Source: a virus
Taxonomy: Duplodnaviria > Heunggongvirae > Uroviricota > Caudoviricetes
Direction: 5' to 3' (one strand)
Virus record (IMG/VR): IMGVR_UViG_2558860161_000007
Span: 1-31,841 of that record
Length of the DNA stretch: 31,841 nucleotides
Positions within the stretch are counted from its first letter, which is position 1. Every line of letters begins with the position of its first letter. The notes beneath the pieces are model-generated. The model was not told the origin of the DNA. It did not search any database and was given only the letters and a program-made list of their open reading frames with translations. The translations under genes were made by a program, and so were the position numbers. Shown piece after piece: positions 9,432 through 18,704 of this stretch.

Positions 9432-9449
9432 TGTACCGACAACCACACA
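9432..9449. promoter_or_regulatory. TGT-N12-ACA dyad (candidate late-promoter activator site) in the O/P divergent intergenic region
   Basis: Sequence tgtaccgacaaccacaca read directly; geometry fits a late promoter for the O operon. Confidence 0.4.
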
Positions 9450-9495
9450 AACCGCAGGCGGGGAAAGCCTTCATTCAAGGCTGTAGGTTTGTGCC

Positions 9496-11262
9496 ATGAA
9501 CACCACACTGACACCCGCAGATCTCGATCCCCGTCGGCAGGCCATGCTGCTGTACTTTCAGGGATACCGCGTCGCCCGCATTGCTGAAATGCTGGGCGAG
9601 AAAGTTGCAACCGTTCACAGCTGGAAAAAACGCGACAAGTGGGGTGACTATGGGCCGCTGGATCAGATGCAGCTCACCACCGCCGCACGCTACTGCCAGC
9701 TCATTATGAAGGAGCACAAAGAAGGGAAAGATTTCAAAGAAATTGACCTGCTGGCGCGCCAGTCGGAGCGCCACGCGCGGATCGGCAAGTTTAACAATGG
9801 CGGCAACGAAGCCGACTTAAACCCTAACGTCGCCAACCGCAACAAAGGCCCGCGCCGTCAGCCGGAAAAGAATGTTTTCACCGATGAGCAGATTGAGAAG
9901 CTGGAAGAAATCTTCCATTCCTCCATGTTTAACTACCAGCGCCACTGGTGGGAAGCCGGAAAAACCAACCGCATCCGCAACCTGCTGAAGTCACGCCAGA
10001 TCGGCGCGACCTTTTACTTTGCCCGTGAAGCCCTGATTGACGCTCTGCTTACCGGACGTAACCAGATTTTTCTTTCCGCCAGCAAGGCACAGGCTCACGT
10101 CTTTAAGCAGTACATCATAGACTTCGCCAAAGAAGTCGAGGTGGAGCTGAAAGGCGATCCGATGGTGCTTCCTAACGGAGCCACGCTTTACTTCCTCGGC
10201 ACCAATGCCCGCACGGCCCAGAGTTACCACGGCAACCTGTATCTGGATGAATATTTCTGGATACCGAAATTCCAGGAACTGCGCAAAGTTGCCTCCGGGA
10301 TGGCCATTCACAAGAAATGGCGACAAACCTACTTTTCCACGCCGTCCAGCCTTACCCACAGTGCCTATCCGTTCTGGTCCGGTGCGCTGTTTAACCGGGG
10401 CCGCGCCAAAGCGGACAAGGTGGATATTGACCTGACCCACAGCAATCTTGCGCGCGGCCTGCTCTGCCCTGACGGACAGTACCGCCAGATCGTCACCGTG
10501 GAGGATGCGGTGCGCGGCGGCTGTAACCTGTTCGACCTCGACCAGCTGCGCATGGAGTACAGCCCGGACGAATACCAGAACCTGCTGATGTGCGAATTTA
10601 TTGACGATTTGGCGTCAGTATTCCCGCTCAGCGAACTGCAGGCATGCATGGTGGACAGCTGGGAAGTCTGGACCGATTTTCAGGCTCTGGCGCTGCGCCC
10701 GTTTGGCTGGCGCGAGGTCTGGATCGGATACGACCCGGCGAAAGGCACGCAGAACGGTGACAGCGCCGGGTGCGTGGTGGTGGCACCGCCAGCCGTGCCG
10801 GGCGGCAAGTTCCGCATTCTGGAGCGACACCAGTGGCGCGGGATGGACTTCCGCGCCCAGGCTGACGCCATTAAAAAACTGACGCAGCAGTACAACGTGA
10901 CATACATCGGTATCGACTCGACCGGCGTTGGTCACGGGGTTTATGAGAACGTGAAAGCGTTCTTTCCTGCCGTGCGGGAGTTTGTCTACAACCCCAACGT
11001 CAAAAACGCCCTGGTGCTCAAGGCCTACGACATCATCAGCCACCGCCGTCTGGAGTTTGACGCCGGACACACTGACATTGCGCAGTCATTCATGGCAATC
11101 CGTCGCGCAACCACCGCCAGCGGCAACCGCCCGACCTATGAAGCCAGCCGCAGCGAAGAAGCCAGCCACGCCGATCTGGCCTGGGCAACAATGCACGCAC
11201 TGTTTAACGAACCGCTGCAGGGCGAATCCGCCAATACCAGCAATATTGTGGAGATTTTTTGA
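9496..11262 (+). CDS. P: Terminase large (ATPase) subunit P (P2 gpP-like)
   Basis: 588-aa ORF, nearly the P2 P length; Walker-A-like KSRQIGAT motif; overall resemblance. Confidence 0.9.
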   Translation: MNTTLTPADLDPRRQAMLLYFQGYRVARIAEMLGEKVATVHSWKKRDKWGDYGPLDQMQLTTAARYCQLIMKEHKEGKDFKEIDLLARQSERHARIGKFNNGGNEADLNPNVANRNKGPRRQPEKNVFTDEQIEKLEEIFHSSMFNYQRHWWEAGKTNRIRNLLKSRQIGATFYFAREALIDALLTGRNQIFLSASKAQAHVFKQYIIDFAKEVEVELKGDPMVLPNGATLYFLGTNARTAQSYHGNLYLDEYFWIPKFQELRKVASGMAIHKKWRQTYFSTPSSLTHSAYPFWSGALFNRGRAKADKVDIDLTHSNLARGLLCPDGQYRQIVTVEDAVRGGCNLFDLDQLRMEYSPDEYQNLLMCEFIDDLASVFPLSELQACMVDSWEVWTDFQALALRPFGWREVWIGYDPAKGTQNGDSAGCVVVAPPAVPGGKFRILERHQWRGMDFRAQADAIKKLTQQYNVTYIGIDSTGVGHGVYENVKAFFPAVREFVYNPNVKNALVLKAYDIISHRRLEFDAGHTDIAQSFMAIRRATTASGNRPTYEASRSEEASHADLAWATMHALFNEPLQGESANTSNIVEIF

Positions 11263-12305
11263 TGAGTGAACCCGAAGCCTTAACCAGCACAACGCTAACA
11301 GAAGCTACGGCACCGAAAAACACAGGCGTAAGTGCCGAGGCTTTCAGCTTTGGCGATCCGATCCCGGTACTGGACCGCCGCGAGCTGCTGGACTATGTGG
11401 AATGCGTACAGATGGACAGATGGTATGAACCGCCGGTCAGTTTTGATGGGCTGGCTCGCACCTATCGCGCCGCCGTACATCACAGCTCACCGATTGCCGT
11501 CAAACGCAACATTCTGACCAGTACATTTATCCCACATCCATTACTGAGCCAGCAGGCATTCAGCCGCTTTGTGCAGGACTATTTGGTGTTTGGTAACGCT
11601 TATCTGGAGAAACGAACGAACCGGCTCGGCGGCATTCTGTCGCTGGAGCCATCGCTGGCGAAATACACCCGCCGCGGGATCGACTTAGACACCTACTGGT
11701 TTGTGCAATACGGTCTAACCACGCAGCCCTACGAGTTCACTAAAGGCAGTATCTTTCACCTGATGGAGCCGGACCTGAACCAGGAAATTTACGGCCTGCC
11801 GGAATATCTGTCCGCCATTCCGTCCGCCTTGCTGAACGAGTCCGCTACGCTGTTCCGGCGTAAATACTACATCAATGGCAGTCATGCAGGGTTCATCATG
11901 TATATGACCGACGCCGCGCAGAACCAGGAGGACGTGAACAACATCCGCCAGGCCATGAAAAGCGCCAAAGGGCCAGGGAACTTCCGCAACCTGTTTATGT
12001 ACTCGCCGAACGGTAAAAAGGACGGCATCCAGATCATCCCGTTATCGGAGGTTGCGGCGAAAGACGAGTTTCTGAACATCAAGAACGTCAGCCGCGATGA
12101 CATGATGGCAGCGCACCGCGTACCGCCGCAGATGATGGGTATTATTCCCAACAATACCGGCGGCTTTGGTGATGTGGAAAAGGCCAGCCGTGTCTTTGTT
12201 CGCAACGAGCTGATGCCGCTGCAGAAGCGACTGCAGGAGCTTAACGACTGGCTTGGCGAAGAAGTGATCCGCTTCGAAGCCTACACATTAGATGTTCAGG
12301 AGTAA
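11259..12305 (+). CDS. Q: Portal protein Q (P2 gpQ-like)
   Basis: 348-aa ORF overlapping the P stop (ATGA); size and synteny as in P2. Confidence 0.9.
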   Translation: MMSEPEALTSTTLTEATAPKNTGVSAEAFSFGDPIPVLDRRELLDYVECVQMDRWYEPPVSFDGLARTYRAAVHHSSPIAVKRNILTSTFIPHPLLSQQAFSRFVQDYLVFGNAYLEKRTNRLGGILSLEPSLAKYTRRGIDLDTYWFVQYGLTTQPYEFTKGSIFHLMEPDLNQEIYGLPEYLSAIPSALLNESATLFRRKYYINGSHAGFIMYMTDAAQNQEDVNNIRQAMKSAKGPGNFRNLFMYSPNGKKDGIQIIPLSEVAAKDEFLNIKNVSRDDMMAAHRVPPQMMGIIPNNTGGFGDVEKASRVFVRNELMPLQKRLQELNDWLGEEVIRFEAYTLDVQE

Positions 12306-12315
12306 CAAAAGAAAA

Positions 12316-12336
12316 AGGCGCTCATATTGAGCGCCT
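12316..12336 (-). terminator. Stem-loop with flanking A/T tracts, likely rho-independent terminator for the leftward cargo operon (possibly bidirectional)
   Basis: Inverted repeat aggcgctca-tat-tgagcgcct; on the - strand it is followed by a T-rich run, immediately after the stop of the 112-aa gene. Confidence 0.5.
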
Positions 12337-12355
12337 CTGCATTTCAGACAAAGTA

Positions 12356-12694
12356 TCAGCAGACGGCATATACACCATCAAATCCAACAGAAGGCACCTT
12401 CTTTGATGCTACTTCATTGCTACGACGCTGGATCACCTTTGCAATACTTTTTAAAATTGAAGGGGATGCATTGCGAACCTTTACCTGGCTCAAAACTTTG
12501 GTTACGCCGAATTTCACAACCAAAACACCAAAGATTTCATCAGAGTATGATTCTGAAATTGAATAAACGCCGCTCAAATCCAAATCAACAAAGTTCCCCT
12601 CATTGATGAGAACTTCAATCTTGTGCCGTTGGGGGATAGCCTGATTGCGCGAAGCCAGGTCACCCTCGGGCAACTTGTATGCAATTTTATTCAT
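12356..12694 (-). CDS. Small STAS-like (anti-sigma-factor-antagonist-like) protein; second gene of a two-gene cargo operon
   Basis: 112-aa ORF; segment FVDLDLSGVYSISESYSDEIFGVLVVKFG resembles the STAS/SpoIIAA-type core; AGGAGG Shine-Dalgarno inside the end of the upstream gene, and its start overlaps that gene's stop. Confidence 0.55.
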   Translation of the reverse strand: MNKIAYKLPEGDLASRNQAIPQRHKIEVLINEGNFVDLDLSGVYSISESYSDEIFGVLVVKFGVTKVLSQVKVRNASPSILKSIAKVIQRRSNEVASKKVPSVGFDGVYAVC

Positions 12695-13815
12695 TACTCT
12701 CCTCCTAACGCCCGCATGATTTCCATAAGTTGAGGGTCATTTTCTTCGTTATCGTAATCTTTATCGATCGCCAGTTCATGAATCTTAAAACGGCATGAAA
12801 TTGCCACACCTGACCACTCTTTATGCAATTCAGTGTAGCTCAATTGATCACCAACTGCCTCTAAGCATACATTTCCTGTAGCCAGTTGCAATTCCCCGTT
12901 GTATGTTTTTACCAATTTCATCAAGTGATATAGACCAAGCCCTTGATGATTATTCTCTTTTTCTTTAACTGCTACCGGAACACTTGCACCAAAGACGCTT
13001 CCACCCATATTGTCATACGGCAATTGCTGTGCCCAATCATCTATCAGATCAGCATGTTTAGATGAGTTACCTTCTTGTATACACCATGCTATGGCATCAC
13101 GATGATTGTCAATTCCTTTGATGCCTGCGCGCCTTAACTCTCTAAAAAACCCCATGCCACAGTCTGCAAGAGCAAACTCAAGATAATGCTCTTTTCCACC
13201 GGTTCTTGGTACTGCCCATTTTTGCGCAAAAGAAAAACCGGTATCCCTACCATGCGACCAGACGTTGTCGTGTAACTCACCAACCACACGTGTGAGATCG
13301 TTTATCCCTTGAGGATAAACCTTCCTCTCAGGGAATGTTAATTGCCTAATACAGCTATTTATACTTGAAGTAGCTGAATCGACTGCTTCAACATTCTTCA
13401 GAGCTGTCACAAGGCTGTAGTTGGTTCCGACATTAACTCTTTTTTGGTCATAACGGTCTTCCCCCCAAACAGCTTTGTGCAGACCAATGGCATTCATGTA
13501 ACCTGCGCCAGGTAAGTTGCAAGCATCTTCTGACAGCTTATTGTGATTTATATAAGCAGCCAAGACAGCAATATAGCCAGGGTGACAATGGTCATTCGGT
13601 AAAAGCAATTTCCCCTCACCACGATCATGAAATATAGCAATGCGGTGAATACCATCTTTTAGACCAAATCCCATTGACCAATCTCCACGAAAAATTTCCC
13701 CTATAATATCGCCTGGGAAAACTGAGCGCAAAGTAAAGCACTTAACCAAGCTTGCGCGCGCTCGTATCCCCGCCACGCCTGCCCGCTTTATGTAGTGGTT
13801 TTCATGCACCTGCAT
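12694..13815 (-). CDS. GHKL-superfamily (histidine-kinase-like) ATPase domain protein; first gene of the two-gene cargo operon
   Basis: 373-aa ORF with N-box-like VVGELHDNVWSHG, G1-like LADCGMGF and G2-like HQGLGLYHL in canonical order. The first ~27 codons overlap the cos-like site; an alternative start at Met48 (~13674) has a GGAG Shine-Dalgarno. The region is lower in GC than flanking phage genes. Confidence 0.6.
   Translation of the reverse strand: MQVHENHYIKRAGVAGIRARASLVKCFTLRSVFPGDIIGEIFRGDWSMGFGLKDGIHRIAIFHDRGEGKLLLPNDHCHPGYIAVLAAYINHNKLSEDACNLPGAGYMNAIGLHKAVWGEDRYDQKRVNVGTNYSLVTALKNVEAVDSATSSINSCIRQLTFPERKVYPQGINDLTRVVGELHDNVWSHGRDTGFSFAQKWAVPRTGGKEHYLEFALADCGMGFFRELRRAGIKGIDNHRDAIAWCIQEGNSSKHADLIDDWAQQLPYDNMGGSVFGASVPVAVKEKENNHQGLGLYHLMKLVKTYNGELQLATGNVCLEAVGDQLSYTELHKEWSGVAISCRFKIHELAIDKDYDNEENDPQLMEIMRALGGE
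13761..13800. other. cos-like site (cohesive-end region) of the P2/186-type prophage
   Basis: Reverse complement reads GGCGTGGCGGGGATACGAG, resembling the 19-nt P2/186 cohesive-end core as I recall it; the flank is homologous to two repeats in the satellite (24567..24640, 24878..24960). Confidence 0.5.
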
Positions 13816-13983
13816 GATCTACGCAAAAGCCCACCAGTTCTGGCGGGCCTTAGCAAAAACGATCCTCAAACGATCATGCGATCTCATGCGGCATAGACAT
13901 GCACTACAGAGCTAACGCCTCGCAAGGGCTCGTTGTTCAACCTTGCTGACGCCAGAAACAAGTTCAGACGCCAGCAACGTTTC

Positions 13984-14217
13984 TTAATGCAGCCAGCTGT
14001 CGTCTTCCCACACCTTCTGCATAATTTTCATCACTTGCTTCCTTTCTTCGTCCAGTTGCAGTCCGGTCAGTTCCACACCGTTAGAGCTACCTTTGCGGAT
14101 ACGAATTACCGTTTTGGGATACAGGGGGCGCAGATTACGGTAAAGCTCGGATTCAAGGGCGTCCAGGGTAGACTGGCTAATCTTCTGCTCTTTATCGATC
14201 ATTATTTCAATGCGCAT
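13984..14217 (-). CDS. DinI-family protein (SOS-regulated; DinI/Tum-C-terminal-like)
   Basis: From MRIEIMIDKEQKISQSTLDALESELYRNL...VWEDDSWL, which resembles E. coli DinI; GAGGTG Shine-Dalgarno before this Met; the ORF track extends it to 14289. Confidence 0.7.
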   Translation of the reverse strand: MRIEIMIDKEQKISQSTLDALESELYRNLRPLYPKTVIRIRKGSSNGVELTGLQLDEERKQVMKIMQKVWEDDSWLH

Positions 14218-14227
14218 AAAAGTCACC

Positions 14228-14416
14228 TCAGCTGATGACATCCATTGAGCGGTTGTATTCGTGGCTTCTGATTTTTGCCATGAGTTCATCAGTCAATTCA
14301 GAAACCCACTGCAGAGCCAGTCCCTTCTCTTCATCACTACACTCACTGGCCGCTACAAGCTTAAGAAAAAAATCAATGCGCTGGAGCTTCAAAGACTCCA
14401 AAAAATAGTCCTGCAT
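14228..14416 (-). CDS. Hypothetical 62-aa protein, first gene of a candidate LexA-controlled operon
   Basis: Small ORF immediately downstream of a LexA-box-like sequence and coupled to the DinI-like gene; no recognisable domain. Confidence 0.45.
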   Translation of the reverse strand: MQDYFLESLKLQRIDFFLKLVAASECSDEEKGLALQWVSELTDELMAKIRSHEYNRSMDVIS

Positions 14417-14456
14417 CTTTCCTCCTATGACACCACACGCAATACTGTATGTATAA

Positions 14457-14476
14457 CCACTGTTTATAATTACAGT
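14457..14476. promoter_or_regulatory. LexA box (SOS operator)
   Basis: cactgtttataattacagta matches CTGT-N8-ACAG with an AT-rich spacer; ~45 bp upstream of the 62-aa gene start (coordinates +/-2). Confidence 0.6.
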
Positions 14477-14569
14477 ATATAATAATCTTACTGATGTAAA
14501 ACGTTTTTTTACGTTTATCAGCCTGATATGCCTGGTATTATTAAGAGCACGAATGGTTAACCATCATAA

Positions 14570-16984
14570 TTAATACAGGTTTCGCCACTTATCATCTTCC
14601 TGCAAACGCTGGTTCCGATAGAAGATACGCAGGCCTGCTCCTGACGGAATACTGCCGCCGCGAAGGAGTAAATCGACCTCTTTCTCGCTACCATCAAACC
14701 CTCTGGACTTCAGCTCATACACGAGCTGCTGTCGCTGATGGTCTGTAATTCGCTGTTTGTAGTCTTTACGCCGTTTCGGTTTAACCAGGTGTAACCTTGC
14801 TGCCAGTTCCCGGCGTTCTTTTTTGCTCATACTGTGCAGGTAATCGTGCAACTCCTTGTCATCCATGCGGGTGATATCCGTTCTGGTATCCCCATCAGCT
14901 GATTTGTCTTTCCCTTGTTGGTTCAAATTTTCAGCAAGGGGACAGTTATTGCCACGAGTCCAAGGGGCGCAAGCGCCCTGGTCGGCTGCCGCCTCCTGAA
15001 CGTCAACGGCCTTACGAACCATTTTCCACTTCACTGCATGAGTGCAGATCTTGCCCTCTGCAATGGGTGACCAGATGCCATAAATACGAATACCGTGATC
15101 GCCATAGGCGGTTGGCTCTTCGTTGATTTCATAAGCGGTTCTGATGAGGTGATATTTGCGGGGAACCAGTACGCCGCCCTGCTTCATGATGTAGGTGGCA
15201 AAACAACCAGCATCAGCAGCAGCCAGGATGGCATCAAGGCGCGGGTTATCCAGTACCGGCGCACCTGCTTTTTTGTCCCCCTTTTGCCTTGCCGCCTGAC
15301 CAGCCAGCAATCGCAGTTCACGGTAAGCCTGACGCCCCGGAATGCCAAAGAAGCGGAATTGCTGAACACGATGCAAAGACGCCCAGGCATTCACGTATTC
15401 AGCGTTATCACGCAGAGATTTACCCGTTTCCTTGCTGATCTCGCCAGCCAGACCACGCCCGTCAATGTTCTTACTGATGTATTTCGCTATGTAGCTTGTC
15501 GGCGTTCCTTTGCGCGGGTTAATCAGCTCAGACTTAAAGCGCGGCCCCGTGTTATTGCCCAGCTCCTCGCGGTCTTCACGGATAGCAAACTTACGCAACA
15601 ATGCTGTAATGGCGCGGCGGTCTTTTTTGCGCATGAAACACAACAGGTGCCAGTGAACTGTGCCGTCGTGATGCGGCTCAGCCACCCGCACGCCATACCA
15701 GCGCAACCCGGCTTTGTGCATCGCCTTACGAAATGCAGCAAACATACCGACCAGATAATCGCTGCTTTGTCTTACCGTCGCATTTGTCCAGGTCGGGTTG
15801 GGCCTGCCGTTGTTGAGCGTGGAATGGAAACGTGACGGACAGGTGATAGTGTAGAAAACGGCGCAGTCACCGCGCATTTCCGCGATAAGCTCCAGACCTT
15901 TAACACAGGCCATCATCTCATTGCGGCGATGCGCAGGGTTGCTGCTGCTGGCGTTTACCACATCCTCCATGTCCAGCGTGTCGCCGTCTTCGTTCACCAG
16001 TTCATGAGAACGGAAAAACTCCAGCGACTTACGGCGCTGCTCACGTTTATGCATCACGGCTTCATAGCTGACATAGGGAGATGCTTTTTTGCTGACCAGG
16101 CAGACAGCACGCAACTGCTCTTCCCGCCATTCGCAACGCATCTTCCATAATTTCCGATACCACCAGTCGGCGCACAGCATACGCGCCAGCGAACCCGGAA
16201 TGAGTTCATAGGGCACGGGTTTACGGCGGTTTCTTTTCCGACGGAGTTGCTCAAACGCAGGTGGGATGACATCCAGACGCAGGGTTTCCGCCGCCACCTT
16301 TTCCCATGTCTTGCGGATTTCTTCTGGCTTAACGTCATCGGTGGCATACAAATCGCCACAAGCTGCATCAAGGCACATGCTCATATGCGCAGCTACCAGG
16401 GTGGACAGGCGTTTCACCTGATCCTGACTCATTTCAGGCAGGATCAGCAGGCCCTCCAGCCCTTGATGGCTTGCCATAAAACGGAAAGAAGCAGACAGCT
16501 GACTGTCACGTACACAATCCAGTCGCTCCAGACATGGCTTAATCGTCTCACGCAAATAGCGGGAATAAGCCTTTGGCCTGCCCAGGCTGCTGAAGTATTC
16601 GATACGTTGCATCAGCGGCTTGCTGATATGGGAAGGCTGGGCGCTGACGTCCGCCAGAATGACCATGTCCGGGTTAAAACGCTGCTGTTCATGCGCCAGC
16701 TTTGCCCGGCTAATGAGCTTATCCTGCTCCATTTCGCGCTGGACAGGATCACGAGATTCATTAAAGAAATAACGCTCCCAGACCTGCTCACTCAGTGCAT
16801 CGCGGCACAGCTGTTCCTGCTCATTATCGGCAGCGTACAGAGTGATCAGGTTTAAAAGTGCAGACTCCGGAGCAACTTCCGCCGGGTCCAGATAAGGGTT
16901 AATGGCCTTTTTCGGGCCGTTCCATGAAAATGCTGCAGCGGCCTCGTTAAAGCCGCTAGAGTTGCTCATATCGTCATGACTCAT
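14570..16984 (-). CDS. A: Replication initiation protein A (rolling-circle endonuclease, P2 gpA-like)
   Basis: 804-aa ORF; HWHLL-type motif ([10 protein letters not shown]) and general resemblance to P2/186 A. Confidence 0.9.
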   Translation of the reverse strand: MSHDDMSNSSGFNEAAAAFSWNGPKKAINPYLDPAEVAPESALLNLITLYAADNEQEQLCRDALSEQVWERYFFNESRDPVQREMEQDKLISRAKLAHEQQRFNPDMVILADVSAQPSHISKPLMQRIEYFSSLGRPKAYSRYLRETIKPCLERLDCVRDSQLSASFRFMASHQGLEGLLILPEMSQDQVKRLSTLVAAHMSMCLDAACGDLYATDDVKPEEIRKTWEKVAAETLRLDVIPPAFEQLRRKRNRRKPVPYELIPGSLARMLCADWWYRKLWKMRCEWREEQLRAVCLVSKKASPYVSYEAVMHKREQRRKSLEFFRSHELVNEDGDTLDMEDVVNASSSNPAHRRNEMMACVKGLELIAEMRGDCAVFYTITCPSRFHSTLNNGRPNPTWTNATVRQSSDYLVGMFAAFRKAMHKAGLRWYGVRVAEPHHDGTVHWHLLCFMRKKDRRAITALLRKFAIREDREELGNNTGPRFKSELINPRKGTPTSYIAKYISKNIDGRGLAGEISKETGKSLRDNAEYVNAWASLHRVQQFRFFGIPGRQAYRELRLLAGQAARQKGDKKAGAPVLDNPRLDAILAAADAGCFATYIMKQGGVLVPRKYHLIRTAYEINEEPTAYGDHGIRIYGIWSPIAEGKICTHAVKWKMVRKAVDVQEAAADQGACAPWTRGNNCPLAENLNQQGKDKSADGDTRTDITRMDDKELHDYLHSMSKKERRELAARLHLVKPKRRKDYKQRITDHQRQQLVYELKSRGFDGSEKEVDLLLRGGSIPSGAGLRIFYRNQRLQEDDKWRNLY

Positions 16985-17838
16985 ACACGCACCTCGTACA
17001 CAGCAGAACTATCCACGCCACACGAAGGATCAAATCCCACCCAGCAGCGCGCCCCGGAAACAGCAATGATTTCTGTTGCAGATTTACTCTCGCCAGCCGA
17101 CACGCCGATGCTGCGTTTTGCCTTGATGTAGTGGTGAGTGAAATTTCGATACAGCGAACGGATCAGGGATGTGTCACTGTTAGAAACAATGACTGGATGA
17201 CCTTCTGATGATCGATATTCAAGAACAGATGCCAGGTGATACTGGTCATCTTCAGTGAAGCCGTTAGTGTGATAGCCGGAAAACGTACCGTCATAAGGCG
17301 GATCGCAATACACCACATCCCCCACCTGCAGCATCGCCAGCGTTTCATCAAAGCTGGCGCAGATAAACGTTGCTTGCTGGGCTTTCTCTGCAAATGCGCG
17401 AATTTCTTTTTCAGGGAAATACGGATTTTTATAATTACCGTATGGAATGTTGAAATGCCCGCTCTTGTTATAACGACATAACCCACGGTAACCATGACGA
17501 TTGAGATACAGGAAATATACCGCTTTCATGAAATCAGTAATTTCAGTGGAGTAATTAAACTCCTGCCTTATGTTGTAATAAGCCAACTCCCTGTTTGCTT
17601 CCTCAAATAAAGCTCTGGCACGAGATATAAACGCCTCGCAATCAGCAGCAACCTTTTTATAGAGGTTGATTAAATCAGGATTAATATCCGCAACAAGATA
17701 GCTGGGGTAATCCGTCTCCATCATCACAGCACAGGAACCCGCGAAAGGTTCAACCAGTCGCGGGCCAGCAGGAAGGTGTTTTTTCAGTTCGGACATTACG
17801 GCGGTTTTATTTCCCGCCCATTTCAGGATGGTGCTCAT
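16981..17838 (-). CDS. dam: DNA adenine methyltransferase (Dam-like, N6-adenine)
   Basis: ILKWAGNK N-terminal motif, FAGS motif ([10 protein letters not shown]) and catalytic DPPY; likely start is [11 protein letters not shown] at ~17838 (ORF track 17898). Confidence 0.85.
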   Translation of the reverse strand: MSTILKWAGNKTAVMSELKKHLPAGPRLVEPFAGSCAVMMETDYPSYLVADINPDLINLYKKVAADCEAFISRARALFEEANRELAYYNIRQEFNYSTEITDFMKAVYFLYLNRHGYRGLCRYNKSGHFNIPYGNYKNPYFPEKEIRAFAEKAQQATFICASFDETLAMLQVGDVVYCDPPYDGTFSGYHTNGFTEDDQYHLASVLEYRSSEGHPVIVSNSDTSLIRSLYRNFTHHYIKAKRSIGVSAGESKSATEIIAVSGARCWVGFDPSCGVDSSAVYEVRV

Positions 17839-18062
17839 ACAGCACCCCCGTTGTAATGTTTGCCTTTCAGCTCTGCGATTTCCTGACAGGTAATGCAAAG
17901 CTGCACACCCGGAATGGCACGGCGGCGTGCTGGCGGAATTGGCGCTTCACACTCAACGCAAAGCACGCGGGACACGCCCGGCGTTTTGGCACGGGCAGCA
18001 CGGATATGGCGCTGGCGTTCTTCTTCAACGCGCTGCTGTACGAGATCCATTGCATCAGCCAT
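17835..18062 (-). CDS. TraR/DksA-family C4 zinc-finger protein
   Basis: 75-aa ORF with CVECEAPIP...CITCQ (four-Cys finger), typical of phage TraR-like proteins; overlaps the dam start. Confidence 0.7.
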   Translation of the reverse strand: MADAMDLVQQRVEEERQRHIRAARAKTPGVSRVLCVECEAPIPPARRRAIPGVQLCITCQEIAELKGKHYNGGAV

Positions 18063-18301
18063 TAGTGGATCTCCTGCGCTTCGTTCTGGATTGCTTCAGC
18101 AGTCACACGCAGCAGTTCTGCCGCTTCCACGTGGTTTAGCTGACGGGATGAGATATGACACGCCAGGCTATCAAGGCGAGCTGCCATTGCTTCAGCCCTT
18201 GCCCGGCGTTCTTCCAGACGAGCCTCTGTCAGTAAAATATTAAGCCCTGCGTCATCCGGTCCGGTTTTGGTCGAGAGAGTTTCAATATTACGCATAATCA
18301 A
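18062..18301 (-). CDS. Hypothetical early-operon protein
   Basis: 79-aa ORF co-directional with and tightly packed in the early lytic operon. Confidence 0.45.
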   Translation of the reverse strand: MIMRNIETLSTKTGPDDAGLNILLTEARLEERRARAEAMAARLDSLACHISSRQLNHVEAAELLRVTAEAIQNEAQEIH

Positions 18302-18362
18302 TTCTCCTGAATTTAGATAAAGGGATGCCCGGCGGGTTTACGCCATTAATTTCATTAGTTGG

Positions 18363-18704
18363 TTAATTCGGCATGGTTAGCCGTCTGGGAAATAAGCTCA
18401 CCACTGCACGAAAATGATTCATTGCTTTAATCAACTCCCGCTTTTCGTCAGTGGTCAGCTCATTAATGCTGATGCTATGACGTTCAGCTGGAATTTTTGC
18501 CATAAAGAATATGGCAGCCAGTGCCCGTTTATTTTGTTCGCTATTAATATCCCGTGGATCACGCATATCTTTAATAAACCGTTCAAGCTCTGACTCAATA
18601 TTCAGACCAAAAACTTTCGCCCTTAACTCCGCAATGTGATTAAGTCCATTCAGGCGTTCACCGGGGCTTAATGGAACAGTCGCCGCAGCGCCTTCAATAG
18701 CCAT
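18363..18704 (-). CDS. Hypothetical early-operon protein
   Basis: 113-aa ORF in the early operon between the cII-like gene and dam. Confidence 0.45.
   Translation of the reverse strand: MAIEGAAATVPLSPGERLNGLNHIAELRAKVFGLNIESELERFIKDMRDPRDINSEQNKRALAAIFFMAKIPAERHSISINELTTDEKRELIKAMNHFRAVVSLFPRRLTMPN

Noticed and set aside
13984-14416. Single frameshifted Tum-like gene spanning the 62-aa and DinI-like ORFs
   Set aside because: The DinI-like reading frame has its own GAGGTG Shine-Dalgarno and ATG at ~14217 just after the upstream stop, which fits two coupled genes. A sequencing frameshift cannot be excluded without homologue alignment.
15095-15835. 246-aa + strand ORF
   Set aside because: Lies entirely antisense within replication gene A; no Shine-Dalgarno or recognisable features.
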